Positions 23,701 to 30,731 of a stretch of 64,000 bases of DNA are shown piece after piece. Made by a program: the position numbers and the translations under genes. How positions within the stretch are numbered: position 1 is the stretch's first letter; each line of letters starts with the position of its first letter. The notes beneath the pieces were generated by a model. It worked only from the letters and a program-made list of their open reading frames with translations. It was not told the origin of the DNA and did not search any database. Source of the DNA: Bryobacterales bacterium (GTDB taxonomy: Bacteria > Acidobacteriota > Terriglobia > Bryobacterales > Bryobacteraceae); the NCBI GenBank assembly GCA_963802915.1, contig CAWDKQ010000010.1, forward strand, positions 204,457 through 268,456. Reading direction: 5' to 3'.

Positions 23701-23715
23701 GTATCTCATGATCAC
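17725..23715 (-). CDS. Giant (1,996 aa) secreted surface protein with five PKD-like repeats followed by a long array of Ig-like (Big_2-like) domains
   Basis: Signal peptide MIMRYLYPATMVALSITVVCATLGHAAG. There are 5 units of about 94 aa with ANAG..Q.V..G....LNGSGS.D.DG..L.Y.W. About 16 further domains of about 90 aa alternate between two types (...LTLTLSGPAPAGG..VNLSSSN..VATVP... and ...FPVTL..PAP.GGV.V.L.SS......ISP..V.I..G...). No C-terminal sorting signal is recognisable. Confidence 0.9.
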   Translation of the reverse strand: MIMRYLYPATMVALSITVVCATLGHAAGQNLSITNYQVVSTQTINSTQSYVTYRADLVNSGRALQTVTATVTTVNPFVVRVQPSASTLNFTNIPSGGQVTSSNTFTVLANPAVPLNPANLSWSYQITADSVIANAGSNQTAKVGATATLNGSGSTNPSGVGTLTYAWAFLSRPAGSATVLKNNNNVMPSFLVDVAGNYVIQLTVSNGSASNSASVTVSTTHTAPVANAGAGQTVAVGSTATLNGSGSTDPDGNSLTYTWTLIARPAGSNTTLTGANTISPSFVVDQPGSYTAQLIVSDSFTSSTPSTVVINTENTPPVANAGSAQVVNVESLVQLNGAGSTDVDGNSLRYLWSLLWVPEDSTAALSSTSAVNPTFTADVAGGYVAQLIVNDGISNSAPATVIITTSAVLPPTANAGLNQTTGHNLTVSLSGTGTDPQGLPLTYQWSLITTPTGSAAVLSSTTIPNPTFVADLAGNYVAQLVVSNGLLSSLPSTVTISTTNTAPVANAGPPQNAIVGVNVLLDGSGSSDADHDSLTYSWTWNSAPAGSLAAFTGANSASPMFNPDIAGLYVAQLIVNDGYVNSVPSTVMITAALPPAISLTPSPLSLTNAAGNLTVTIPTPAGANGQTINLSSSNSNVASVSSSVTIPSGATSTIVTVTPGTTSGSTNVTASASGYSSGSATANVVLPLTVSFTPSTLTINGNVTQNLTLTLSGPAPAGGLTINLSSSNTASATVAPTVAFATGATSVSVPVTGMGTGSATIHANALPNIADTTATVTVQIGIFLPSNISIGPGQQAAFPVTLASPAASSVFVSLASSDTSKVTISPTTVLISKGNTSPTVAPQVTGVGYGSASITATATGLPTASQQVQVSATLSFSSTTLNVTGTATGFLTLALSSPAPAGGVVVNLSSSNSSVATVPSTATIAANAKTISVAVTGVGPGVAVIHASSLPIFPDITATVTDVTPPSIVLPTFAVVGQFNTTAFPLSISAPAPAGGVTVALASSDSTFLTITPASVFIAPGSTTPASQPQISGITLGYAFVNASAPGYTGASLQIHISDGIRIDIPENVKVGLGQSIAYPVILDAASTGGTTVTLTSSDPTKATISPTVFVPKGTTTPATQAQVTGMNIGTVTINASGAGFDSASPQTVQVTASVAFTPTAVTVPRTTTQSVTLTLSAAAPATGLSVNLSSSNTSVATVPAAVTFSPGSTTVSVPVTGVAVGSATIQASNTPCILPASASITVSLLTPIGLPANVSVGLSQSLPFAIALPTAAPSGGVTIALSSGDPTKITISPASVFVSAGATTPATQPQISGVGLGSTSIMASASGYASGGQTVQVVSQLSFSSPTLTIGGTTTQNLTLNLLTPASSPGLTVALNSSNAGVATVPANVVIGAGLSSVSVPVAGVSPGATTITASTSAYGGASATVTVTTGGTINLTSGVSVGLSQSASFPVTLSTPAPTGGVTVMLSSGNTSNVSIAPPSVFVAAGSTAPSTQPQVTGVNLGAAIISASAAGYTGAAQSVTTTASIGFSPATLTINGTATQSLTLTLSGPAPAGGITVNLSSTNTSAATVPSTVTFAANATTVSIPVTGVAAGTATIHASSLPNLADTTASITVTSGIGFVLPSSVIVGPNQTVNYPVSLASPAKSTVFVTLSSGATSNLTISPASFVIQAGNRTPSSAPKVTGVNYGASTITVSATGYPIATQQLQVTGTASFSPSTLSVPGTSTQFLTLLLSSAAPSGGVTFSLSSSNTGVATVPATVTIAANALSASVAVTGVTPGTTVIHASSLPAIADTTANVTVVVPPSVVLPSFAVVGQFQTTLFPVSLSTPAPTGGVTIALSSSATTLLTISPASVFIAAGSTTPATTPQISGINLGYATVSATATGYVSASLQIHISDGIRVNLPSGVSVQAGQTVSFPVILDSPAPVGGVTVTLSSSNTAVATITTTVFIPAGLTTPTTEPQVTGIAQGAAIMNASAPGYTSADPETVQVTPSS
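17728..23325 (-). repeat. Coding tandem domain repeats (PKD-like units at about 21912-23325, alternating Ig-like units at about 17728-21911)
   Basis: Periodic protein repeats are visible in the translation. Long open antisense frames run across the region, as is typical of GC-rich repeats. Confidence 0.8.
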
Positions 23716-24117
23716 CCCGCCCAGTCGTTATAGGAAACGAACTGAGTGTCTTAAAGACCGCCCCATGCTCGCGGCATGGAGCGGCCTGCACTTGCGCTTG
23801 TCCTCTCCGCTTGGAGAAGCAGCTAAGACACACAGTTACCGTTCGATAATAAAGGGTTTCATTATCCTGGACAATGGCGTAGCGCTCGCGCTTAGCCCCG
23901 GAGTTTACCGAGCTATGTGATTGTTTTTAAACCGGAAGCGACCTCACAATGCAACGCGCGCCCATTTATTTTAAAATGGTCCTGGGTCGGAAACGATTGT
24001 AGAGAAAAATAGCTTGGCAGTACTATGAGGACTGGGCCGGGCGGGCGTCGGATCGCAAATAATAGAAGACTATTGGATAAATATTAAGCCATTAGCGGGA
24101 TTAATGTCAAGAATTAG

Positions 24118-26760
24118 TCAGTCTGCCGCGGTGCCTGCGACCATGCTGGACCGATGCGGTAGCGTAAAGAAGAAAGTCGAGCCTTTCCCCGGCTCTGATT
24201 CAACCCACACTCTTCCGCTGTGGCGTTCCAGGATGCGTTTCACCAGCGCGAGCCCGATGCCGCTGCCTTCCACTTCATCGCGGGAGTGCAGCCGCTGAAA
24301 CGCATCGAAGATACGCTCCGCGTAGCGCATATCGATTCCGATCCCGTTGTCCTTAACCGCAAAGACCCACTCCCCGCCTTTGAGTTCCGCCGAGACTCGT
24401 ATTTCCGGAAGCGCGGCTGAGCGGTACTTGATCGCGTTGCCGAGAAGATTCTGAAACACCCGCAGAAGCGCGCCGTCGTTTCCTAGAACGACGGGAAGGT
24501 TCTCGGCGTCGATGTGCGCTCCGGATTCCGCGATCGCCGTCCGGAGATGATCGACCGCAATTTGGAAAAGCGCGCCACAATCCGCCGGCCCCTTCTCAAG
24601 CTGCGTTCCTACGCCATATCGCGAGAACTCGAGCAGGTCCTTTATGAGAGTCTGCATTCGTTTCACGGACGCCCGGATCTGGCTTAGGATCTCGCGCCCT
24701 TCGCCTGACAAGCCCGCTTCCGGTTTGTCCAGGAGTGCGCTGAAGGCGCCAATGGATCGCAGAGGCTCCTGCAAATCGTGACTTGCTGCGTATGCGAACC
24801 TTTGAAGATCCTCATTGGAACGCCGCAGCTCTTTTTCGATGCGCTTGAGTTCGCTGACATCGATGAAAGCACCGACACTTCCGCGTGGCCTGCCCCTGCT
24901 ATCCAGCAACGGAACGGCATCGCCCATCACTGTTCGCGAGGAGCCGTCCTCGTAGACGATGTCGAGCTCGTAATTCCGCACTGCCTGCCCGGTCGCGGCG
25001 GCCACTTGTACGGGTAGCTCCGGCGCCGGAATCTCCCGGCCATTCTTCATGACGCGGAACTGCGCCGGACTCTCGACTTCGCCCGCCGACTTCGAGAGAT
25101 TGGCCCCCAGAGGAACAAGTAGAAGTTCATGCGTCGCGCGGCTTCCGATAATGACCCGGCACTCCGGATCGCGCGCGATGAATGTTGCCGCCGGCACCGC
25201 ATCCATAACTGCTTCCAATTCTTCCGCCCGCGCCCGCTCCCGCGCCTCGCTCTCTCGCAGCGCTTCCTCGGCGATCTTGCGATCGGTGACATCAACATTG
25301 ATGCCTATCATTCGCACCGGCTTGCCCGCATCGTCGAATAGCACCATGCCGCGCGCGTTGATCCAGCGGATTTCTCTCGTGTCACGACGCCGGATGCGAA
25401 AATCGGAGGTCAGTTCCCGGTTCGCCTTCGCGTCTTCCATGGTCCAAATTGCAATCTCGCGATCCTCCGGCAAAACGCGGTTCAGCCAGGACTCGAAAGT
25501 TCCTTCGAACTCTTCCCGCCGCATTCCATACAACGCCAGCGTTTCGTCGGACCAGGAGTTGACGTTGTGGACCATGTCCCAATCGAACGTGCCGGAGCGT
25601 CCGGCCTTCAGCGCGAACGCGAGGCGCTGCTGAAGGCTCCGAAGCTCTTCATCGGCCTTTTTCCTCTCTGTGATGTTGGCGCCAATGCCGGTCAATCCGA
25701 TGACCTTGCCTTCTTTATCGCGATAAGGGGCCTTCGCGAACAGATAAGTGACCGTGCCGTGCGGCGTGTCCGCGGTTTCCTCGAGAACCTCCAATCGTCC
25801 GTTCTCCATCACTCGTCGATCGTTAGCCATGATCTCCCGCGCCTGCTCGGGATCGGACATGAATTCCAAATCTGTCTTGCCTACGATTTCGCTCTCGTCC
25901 TTGTTTAGTAAGCGAAGCATCGCCGGGTTGGCCATCAACAGCCGGCCTTCTCGATCTTTCACGAGAATCATGTTGTCGGTACCTTCGTTGATGGCTCGCA
26001 AAATCGACGTGCTTTCGTGCAACTCGCGTTCGGCGCGCTTCTGCCCTGTGATATCGCGATACGAAACAGTGATACCTCCATCGTCCACCGGAAACACCTT
26101 CACCTCGTACCAGCGTTCCGTGGCGCTATCGCGACTTTCAAACACGGCCGCCTCGCGCTCCCGCATGACCCGGCGAAACTGCGCCGCTTGTTCTTCGGGA
26201 ATTCCAAGCGCGACCTCCCAAAACTTGCTGCCGATCAGTGTCTCGCGGCGGCGTCCGAACAAATGCTCGACGGCCCGATTGGCATACGTCAAGCGGAAAT
26301 TCTTATCGAGCCGGATGTGGCCATCGCCAATGCTCTCGAGAATTGTCTTCGCTTCGCGCTCCGCTTGGCGCGCCCGCGCTTCGGCCTTCTTGCTGCGTAT
26401 GAGAGCCGTAATCATGGAAACGAGTGTGGAAGCTTCTACCGGTTCGCGCAGGTATGCTTCCGCCCCGCTCTCTACCGCCGCGGGATAATCTTGTTGATAA
26501 AGACCGGCGCTCGAGATATGAAGAATCGGAATCAGCGCCGTGACGGGATTGTTTTTGAGGCGTTTCGAAACTTCAAAACCGTCGAAATCGGGAAGGCGAA
26601 TGTCCAGAAGAATGAGCGCGGGGTCTTCACTGGCTGCCAAAGCGAGAGCATCCTGACCGCACGACCCCTCCTTAACCAGAAAGCCGGCCGCCATCAGCAT
26701 CCGCGTTCGGGCGTATCGTTGCGGTTCGGAATCATCGATATTGAGTATCAGTTCCAACAA
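24118..26760 (-). CDS. Hybrid sensor kinase: N-terminal receiver, about 4 PAS domains, HisKA and HATPase_c
   Basis: REC (ILNIDDSEP, LILLDIRLPDFDG). PAS-like blocks are separated by coiled linkers. The H-box is FAYAASHDLQEPLRSI. The N/G boxes are LLGNAIKY and DNGIGID...GSGIGLALVKRI. Confidence 0.9.
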   Translation of the reverse strand: MLELILNIDDSEPQRYARTRMLMAAGFLVKEGSCGQDALALAASEDPALILLDIRLPDFDGFEVSKRLKNNPVTALIPILHISSAGLYQQDYPAAVESGAEAYLREPVEASTLVSMITALIRSKKAEARARQAEREAKTILESIGDGHIRLDKNFRLTYANRAVEHLFGRRRETLIGSKFWEVALGIPEEQAAQFRRVMREREAAVFESRDSATERWYEVKVFPVDDGGITVSYRDITGQKRAERELHESTSILRAINEGTDNMILVKDREGRLLMANPAMLRLLNKDESEIVGKTDLEFMSDPEQAREIMANDRRVMENGRLEVLEETADTPHGTVTYLFAKAPYRDKEGKVIGLTGIGANITERKKADEELRSLQQRLAFALKAGRSGTFDWDMVHNVNSWSDETLALYGMRREEFEGTFESWLNRVLPEDREIAIWTMEDAKANRELTSDFRIRRRDTREIRWINARGMVLFDDAGKPVRMIGINVDVTDRKIAEEALRESEARERARAEELEAVMDAVPAATFIARDPECRVIIGSRATHELLLVPLGANLSKSAGEVESPAQFRVMKNGREIPAPELPVQVAAATGQAVRNYELDIVYEDGSSRTVMGDAVPLLDSRGRPRGSVGAFIDVSELKRIEKELRRSNEDLQRFAYAASHDLQEPLRSIGAFSALLDKPEAGLSGEGREILSQIRASVKRMQTLIKDLLEFSRYGVGTQLEKGPADCGALFQIAVDHLRTAIAESGAHIDAENLPVVLGNDGALLRVFQNLLGNAIKYRSAALPEIRVSAELKGGEWVFAVKDNGIGIDMRYAERIFDAFQRLHSRDEVEGSGIGLALVKRILERHSGRVWVESEPGKGSTFFFTLPHRSSMVAGTAAD

Positions 26761-26841
26761 GACGTTCCCCCCTGGCGCGAGCTCGACGTAACGAAGTTAT
26801 GTGTAACGGAATTCAGCGATGCGCGGCCGCACGTGCCGATC

Positions 26842-27969
26842 TCAAGATTTTAACCCTAAAACTCGCGTCATGATCCGTCCCATTAAAGCGCGGCGTCCCG
26901 GATGCAGAAACATCCACGAAAGGACGCCCACGATGCGCGGCTCGCGAAAGCCCGGCTCAACCTTTCGCCGGCGGTCCAGAATACCGGTCAAGGTTTCCTG
27001 GGGCTTTTCGCGAAAATCGTCGAGCATCGCGGTCTGACGCACACATGAGATCGTACAGAACGGAGCGCAACCCTTCGGCTGCGCGGCTTCGCGTTTAATA
27101 TCTTCGACGGTGTATTGATCGAGCGGAATGCCCGGCCGGCCGCGCTGCTGCGAGCAGTAGTGAACGAGGCCGTCCTCGCAAATATAGAGAAATCTCCCGC
27201 CCGCCCGGCAATGCCACGAGTTCTCCAAGCCCCGCGCGACGTTTTCCTGAAAGCTGTCGAAATGCGCAAAAGAGAAGAGCGCTGTTTTGAGCTTCCGGAA
27301 ACGATCGTAAACATCCTGCTGGGGCGGCGCCAGCGCTTTCAGTTGTCCTTCATGATCGTGCAAAATGCCGACCGTACTGGTGAACCCCAACTCTCGCGCT
27401 CGCGAGCCGACGGTGAACGCGTCTTCGGGCCGGCGGATGCCGGCGCCTAAAACCGAGTTGATGGTGACGCCGAACTCGGCATGTTCGGCGAGCCACTGCA
27501 GCTTGCGGTCGAGAACTTTGAGGCTCTTCTTGGAGGTCTCGTCCGGCATGACGTTGTCTATGCTGATCTGCAAATAATCGAGACCGGCGCGATTTAGACG
27601 CCTGATGCGATCCGCCGTAAGCAGATAGCCATTGGTGATGACAGTCGCGATCGCTCCCCGGTCGCGGATGCGCCGAATAATGGCGTCGAGATCGGGATGC
27701 AGGGTCGGCTCACCGCCGCTCAACGTAATGATAGTTGTCCCCAAATCCGCCAGTCGGTCGATGCGGCTCAGCATGATATCGAGGGGAACGGGGTCGGAAA
27801 CTTTGTCGTACTCGTTGCAGTACGCGCAGTCGAGATTACAGCGGCGAATAGGAACGACCTGCGCCAGGATGGGGTGCGACGCGGATTGCATCGCGCGCGC
27901 GAACATCCGGACTTCCCGAACTTTGCGGCCTGCGTTCTTGAATGCGCGCCGGATCCGGACTGACATCAT
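26842..27969 (-). CDS. Radical SAM protein with a Cys-rich C-terminal region (substrate unknown)
   Basis: CNLDCAYC (CxxxCxxC, codons about 27817-27840), the GGEP motif (LSGGEPTLHP), and 7 further Cys in WHCRAGGRFLYICEDGLVHYC...GCAPFCTISC. Confidence 0.85.
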   Translation of the reverse strand: MMSVRIRRAFKNAGRKVREVRMFARAMQSASHPILAQVVPIRRCNLDCAYCNEYDKVSDPVPLDIMLSRIDRLADLGTTIITLSGGEPTLHPDLDAIIRRIRDRGAIATVITNGYLLTADRIRRLNRAGLDYLQISIDNVMPDETSKKSLKVLDRKLQWLAEHAEFGVTINSVLGAGIRRPEDAFTVGSRARELGFTSTVGILHDHEGQLKALAPPQQDVYDRFRKLKTALFSFAHFDSFQENVARGLENSWHCRAGGRFLYICEDGLVHYCSQQRGRPGIPLDQYTVEDIKREAAQPKGCAPFCTISCVRQTAMLDDFREKPQETLTGILDRRRKVEPGFREPRIVGVLSWMFLHPGRRALMGRIMTRVLGLKS

Positions 27970-28026
27970 CCTATCTCCAGTTTACGACCTGTTTTCGTTG
28001 AGGTTATACTGGCGGGCGGGCGGACC

Positions 28027-28398
28027 ATGAATGTTTTTCGAAGTTTCGGAGCGGTTATCGCAGGTTACTTGATCTTCGCTATCTCGGCCGCTCTGCTGTT
28101 TCGGCTGGCGCAACGGAACCCGCACGCGCCGGCCTCCGCCACTTTCATGATATTGACGACAATTTACGGCTTTGTGTTCGCTTTTCTCGGCGGATACGTC
28201 GCGGCTCGAGTCGCAAACCGGCTCGAGTTATTGCACGCATCTCTACTCGCTCTGCTGCTGGCAACGGGCGCGATGATTTCGCTGTTCGCCGAATTGGGCA
28301 GGGGCTCGGTGTGGACGCAAATCTCGGCGTTACTATTCATGGCTCCGGCGGCGGCGCTCGGAGGTATGGTACGACTCAAGAGTAAGGAGTCGCGATGA
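28027..28398 (+). CDS. Small 4-TM membrane protein, hypothetical
   Basis: 123 aa with four hydrophobic segments. The stop overlaps the next gene's start (ATGA). Confidence 0.55.
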   Translation: MNVFRSFGAVIAGYLIFAISAALLFRLAQRNPHAPASATFMILTTIYGFVFAFLGGYVAARVANRLELLHASLLALLLATGAMISLFAELGRGSVWTQISALLFMAPAAALGGMVRLKSKESR

Positions 28399-28868
28399 AG
28401 TCGTTTGAAGCTTTCGCATGGTTCGCGTCTTTAGGTTTGTTCCTCGCCCTGGGACAGGACTTCGACACCGGCCTCCATGCATATGAAAATCAAGATTACG
28501 CGACGGCATTAAAAGAGTGGCGTCCGCTTGCCGAAAAAGGAAACACGCTGGCCGAATTCAATCTCGGCTTACTCTATTTCGATGGGAAAGGCGTCCCGCA
28601 GGATTTCGAACAAGCCTCGGAATGGTTCGAAAAGGCCGCCGATCAGGGTTATACCAGGGCGCAGCACAATCTCGGCGAGATGTATGCCATCGGCCAGGGT
28701 GTGAAGAAGGACTTGGTGCAATCGTATAAATGGTTGAGTCTTTGCGCGGCGAGCGGCAATCAAACCTGCGCCGATCATCGCGATTGGGTGGCCAAGAAGC
28801 TAAAAGGATCGCAGCTCTCGGCCGCGCAGCGCATGACGCGCGATTGGAAGCCGAAGCCGGGCTCGTAG
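28395..28868 (+). CDS. Sel1-like repeat (SLR/TPR) protein
   Basis: Three Sel1 units: AEFNLGLLYFDGKGVPQDFEQASEWFEKAADQG, AQHNLGEMYAIGQGVKKDLVQSYKWLSLCAASG. Confidence 0.85.
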   Translation: MKSFEAFAWFASLGLFLALGQDFDTGLHAYENQDYATALKEWRPLAEKGNTLAEFNLGLLYFDGKGVPQDFEQASEWFEKAADQGYTRAQHNLGEMYAIGQGVKKDLVQSYKWLSLCAASGNQTCADHRDWVAKKLKGSQLSAAQRMTRDWKPKPGS

Positions 28869-28884
28869 CGGCGGAGCCTGAAGA

Positions 28885-29277
28885 TCAGGCGAGCCACGAT
28901 TGTGCGAGGGCCTCGGCGCTCCCCTCGAGGTTCACCGTTTCGCTCCGCGATTCGTTTCCATTGTCGATGAATACCGCGGCGATGCCTTCGGGGGTGGGGC
29001 GCAGTTCCAGCCGTTTCTCGCGCGCCTCGAGACGCAGCGTGGTACCAAGCCAAACGATATGCACCTTCATTCTTTTCGCGTATCCGAGCCGCGTCGCGTG
29101 GGCGAGAAGGTCTTTGGTGAATTGCGAATCTTTTAATTCTTCGGCGTAAGGCGCTACAGCCCGGGCGGCTGCACTCTCTTCTTCTCGCCGCTGGTGGTCC
29201 CGCTGCGATTCCTTTTCGTCGCGGGATTCCAGGTTCTTCAAACTGCTTTCGAGGTTGTCCAGAAAACTCATACTCAT
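28885..29277 (-). CDS. Hypothetical 130-aa protein
   Basis: Preferred over the overlapping Arg-rich 28775..29422 ORF because of its balanced composition and codon usage. I recognise no motif. Confidence 0.45.
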   Translation of the reverse strand: MSMSFLDNLESSLKNLESRDEKESQRDHQRREEESAAARAVAPYAEELKDSQFTKDLLAHATRLGYAKRMKVHIVWLGTTLRLEAREKRLELRPTPEGIAAVFIDNGNESRSETVNLEGSAEALAQSWLA

Positions 29278-29322
29278 CTCCAGTTTGAACCACTCTCTGA
29301 AGGAGTGCTACAAAGAGGGCGC

Positions 29323-29844
29323 ATGAAAATGTTTCTTGTTGGTCTTCTGATCGGTTGTTTAGTGGTGGTTCCACTCGCCGCTTACCTTTATGTAAAGCTT
29401 GGCTTCCTCTCTTTGGATACAACCGCGAAGCCGTTGCCGGGGGAAGAGCTTATGGCGCACACGGCGTTGAACGCGAGCATAGGATCCGCGAAGGATCGCC
29501 CGGACCCGCTAACTGTAACGGACGATAACCTGCTCGCTGGCGCGAAGGAGTATCGCGAACATTGCGCGGTTTGTCACGGTTTACCGGCTCAACCTAAAAC
29601 ACTAATTGCCGCTGGAATGTTCCCCAAACCACCGCAGCTTTTGGAGGGCCACGGAGTCACCGACGATCCCGAGGGTGAGACGTTCTGGAAAGTGACGCAC
29701 GGAATCCGCCTCTCTGGAATGCCAGGATTTCCGGATCTGCCGGAGCAGGAGCGCTGGCAAGTGACGATGCTGTTAAAGCATGCCGGCAAGCTGCCTCAAT
29801 TGGTGGAAACCGAGTTGAGGCAGCCGGCCGGACCATCGCGATGA
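29323..29844 (+). CDS. Membrane-anchored mono-haem c-type cytochrome
   Basis: ATG 29323 with GGAG/GAGGG upstream. N-terminal TM (FLVGLLIGCLVVVPLAAYLYV), haem motif CAVCHG, and a distal Met candidate in RLSGMPGF. Confidence 0.75.
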   Translation: MKMFLVGLLIGCLVVVPLAAYLYVKLGFLSLDTTAKPLPGEELMAHTALNASIGSAKDRPDPLTVTDDNLLAGAKEYREHCAVCHGLPAQPKTLIAAGMFPKPPQLLEGHGVTDDPEGETFWKVTHGIRLSGMPGFPDLPEQERWQVTMLLKHAGKLPQLVETELRQPAGPSR

Positions 29845-29863
29845 ACTAACCGCTCCGTCGCGG

Positions 29864-30292
29864 TTACGTTTCGGATGCCGCGAGGCTCATGGCTTCGCTG
29901 GGATTCATTGCGCAGGTCACGATTTGCGGACAGCGCTTGCACGCGAGCCGTCCTTCCTGCAAGAACCAGCGGCAGTCCGCACGGATCTGGCAGGGAGGAA
30001 GAGGCTCGGTGACGGCGGGTAGCAATTGCACGAGCCGCGTCGCCAGCCTGCAATCGACGCCGTCAAAATGGCAACAGGATTTTTCCTGGCACGGAGCAGC
30101 CAGCCGGAGCACCTCGGTGGGATGCACCGGCCCGGCGAGCGCGAGCAGGTCTTCGGTAACTGGAACCGGGCGTTCCAGCCAGGACACGTGAGGTTGCGCG
30201 GCAGTCCCTCCGATTACTCCGAATACTACGCAGCCGGCGATCTCGGGTTGGGCGCTGGGGCAGAGTACCGGACGGGAACGAGTGTGATCCAC
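29864..30292 (-). CDS. Cys-rich hypothetical protein (10 Cys in the GTG-30292 product; possible metal or Fe-S binding)
   Basis: Cys pattern C..C...C..CC....C...C...C....C..C. The proposed GTG start at 30292 has GAGG 5 nt upstream and lies 16 nt after the upstream stop. The track ORF start at 30376 would overlap the upstream gene by 68 nt. Confidence 0.5.
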   Translation of the reverse strand: MDHTRSRPVLCPSAQPEIAGCVVFGVIGGTAAQPHVSWLERPVPVTEDLLALAGPVHPTEVLRLAAPCQEKSCCHFDGVDCRLATRLVQLLPAVTEPLPPCQIRADCRWFLQEGRLACKRCPQIVTCAMNPSEAMSLAASET

Positions 30293-30308
30293 GTCTGCCT
30301 CGTGAGCC

Positions 30309-30638
30309 TCAATTGACTTTGAGACCGATGATCTTCGCGTGCGGGGGTATGACAGCGGGCTTGGCAGCGTGACCACCCGCCGCCGTCTTCGCCGCCAGTT
30401 CCGCGGTTTCGCTTACATCCAAGACTAACGGCTGAGCGTTAGGACCTCCGATCGCGGTGGCGATGGTTGCTGCCAGTTCGTTCGCCGCTGCCGCATCGGC
30501 CTGAGGAATTTCAAAACCGAGCCAAATATGTCTGTCTGTAATGCGATTCTTCTTCGCCAGTTCTACCGCTTTTTCGAGCGCGGCCGGAAGTTGACTTAAA
30601 GGAATCGTTGTTCCTTGGTGGCCAGGATTCTGTGCCAT
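30309..30638 (-). CDS. Hypothetical 109-aa protein
   Basis: ATG 30638 is preceded by GGAGG (30651-30647) with an 8-nt spacer. The longer track ORF (to 31289) runs antisense through the MFS gene. Confidence 0.5.
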   Translation of the reverse strand: MAQNPGHQGTTIPLSQLPAALEKAVELAKKNRITDRHIWLGFEIPQADAAAANELAATIATAIGGPNAQPLVLDVSETAELAAKTAAGGHAAKPAVIPPHAKIIGLKVN

Positions 30639-30731
30639 GTTACATACCTCCGGCAAGTAGTGAGTCATGGAAGGATATCGTTTCAGAAAGAAACAGCCTA
30701 TGTCGCGATGGCGTCTTAAAGGCACCTGCCT

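Noticed and set aside
28775-29422. 215-aa minus ORF
   Set aside because: It has an Arg/Pro-rich composition and overlaps the start of the cytochrome c gene and the Sel1 gene end. The 28885..29277 frame looks more protein-like.
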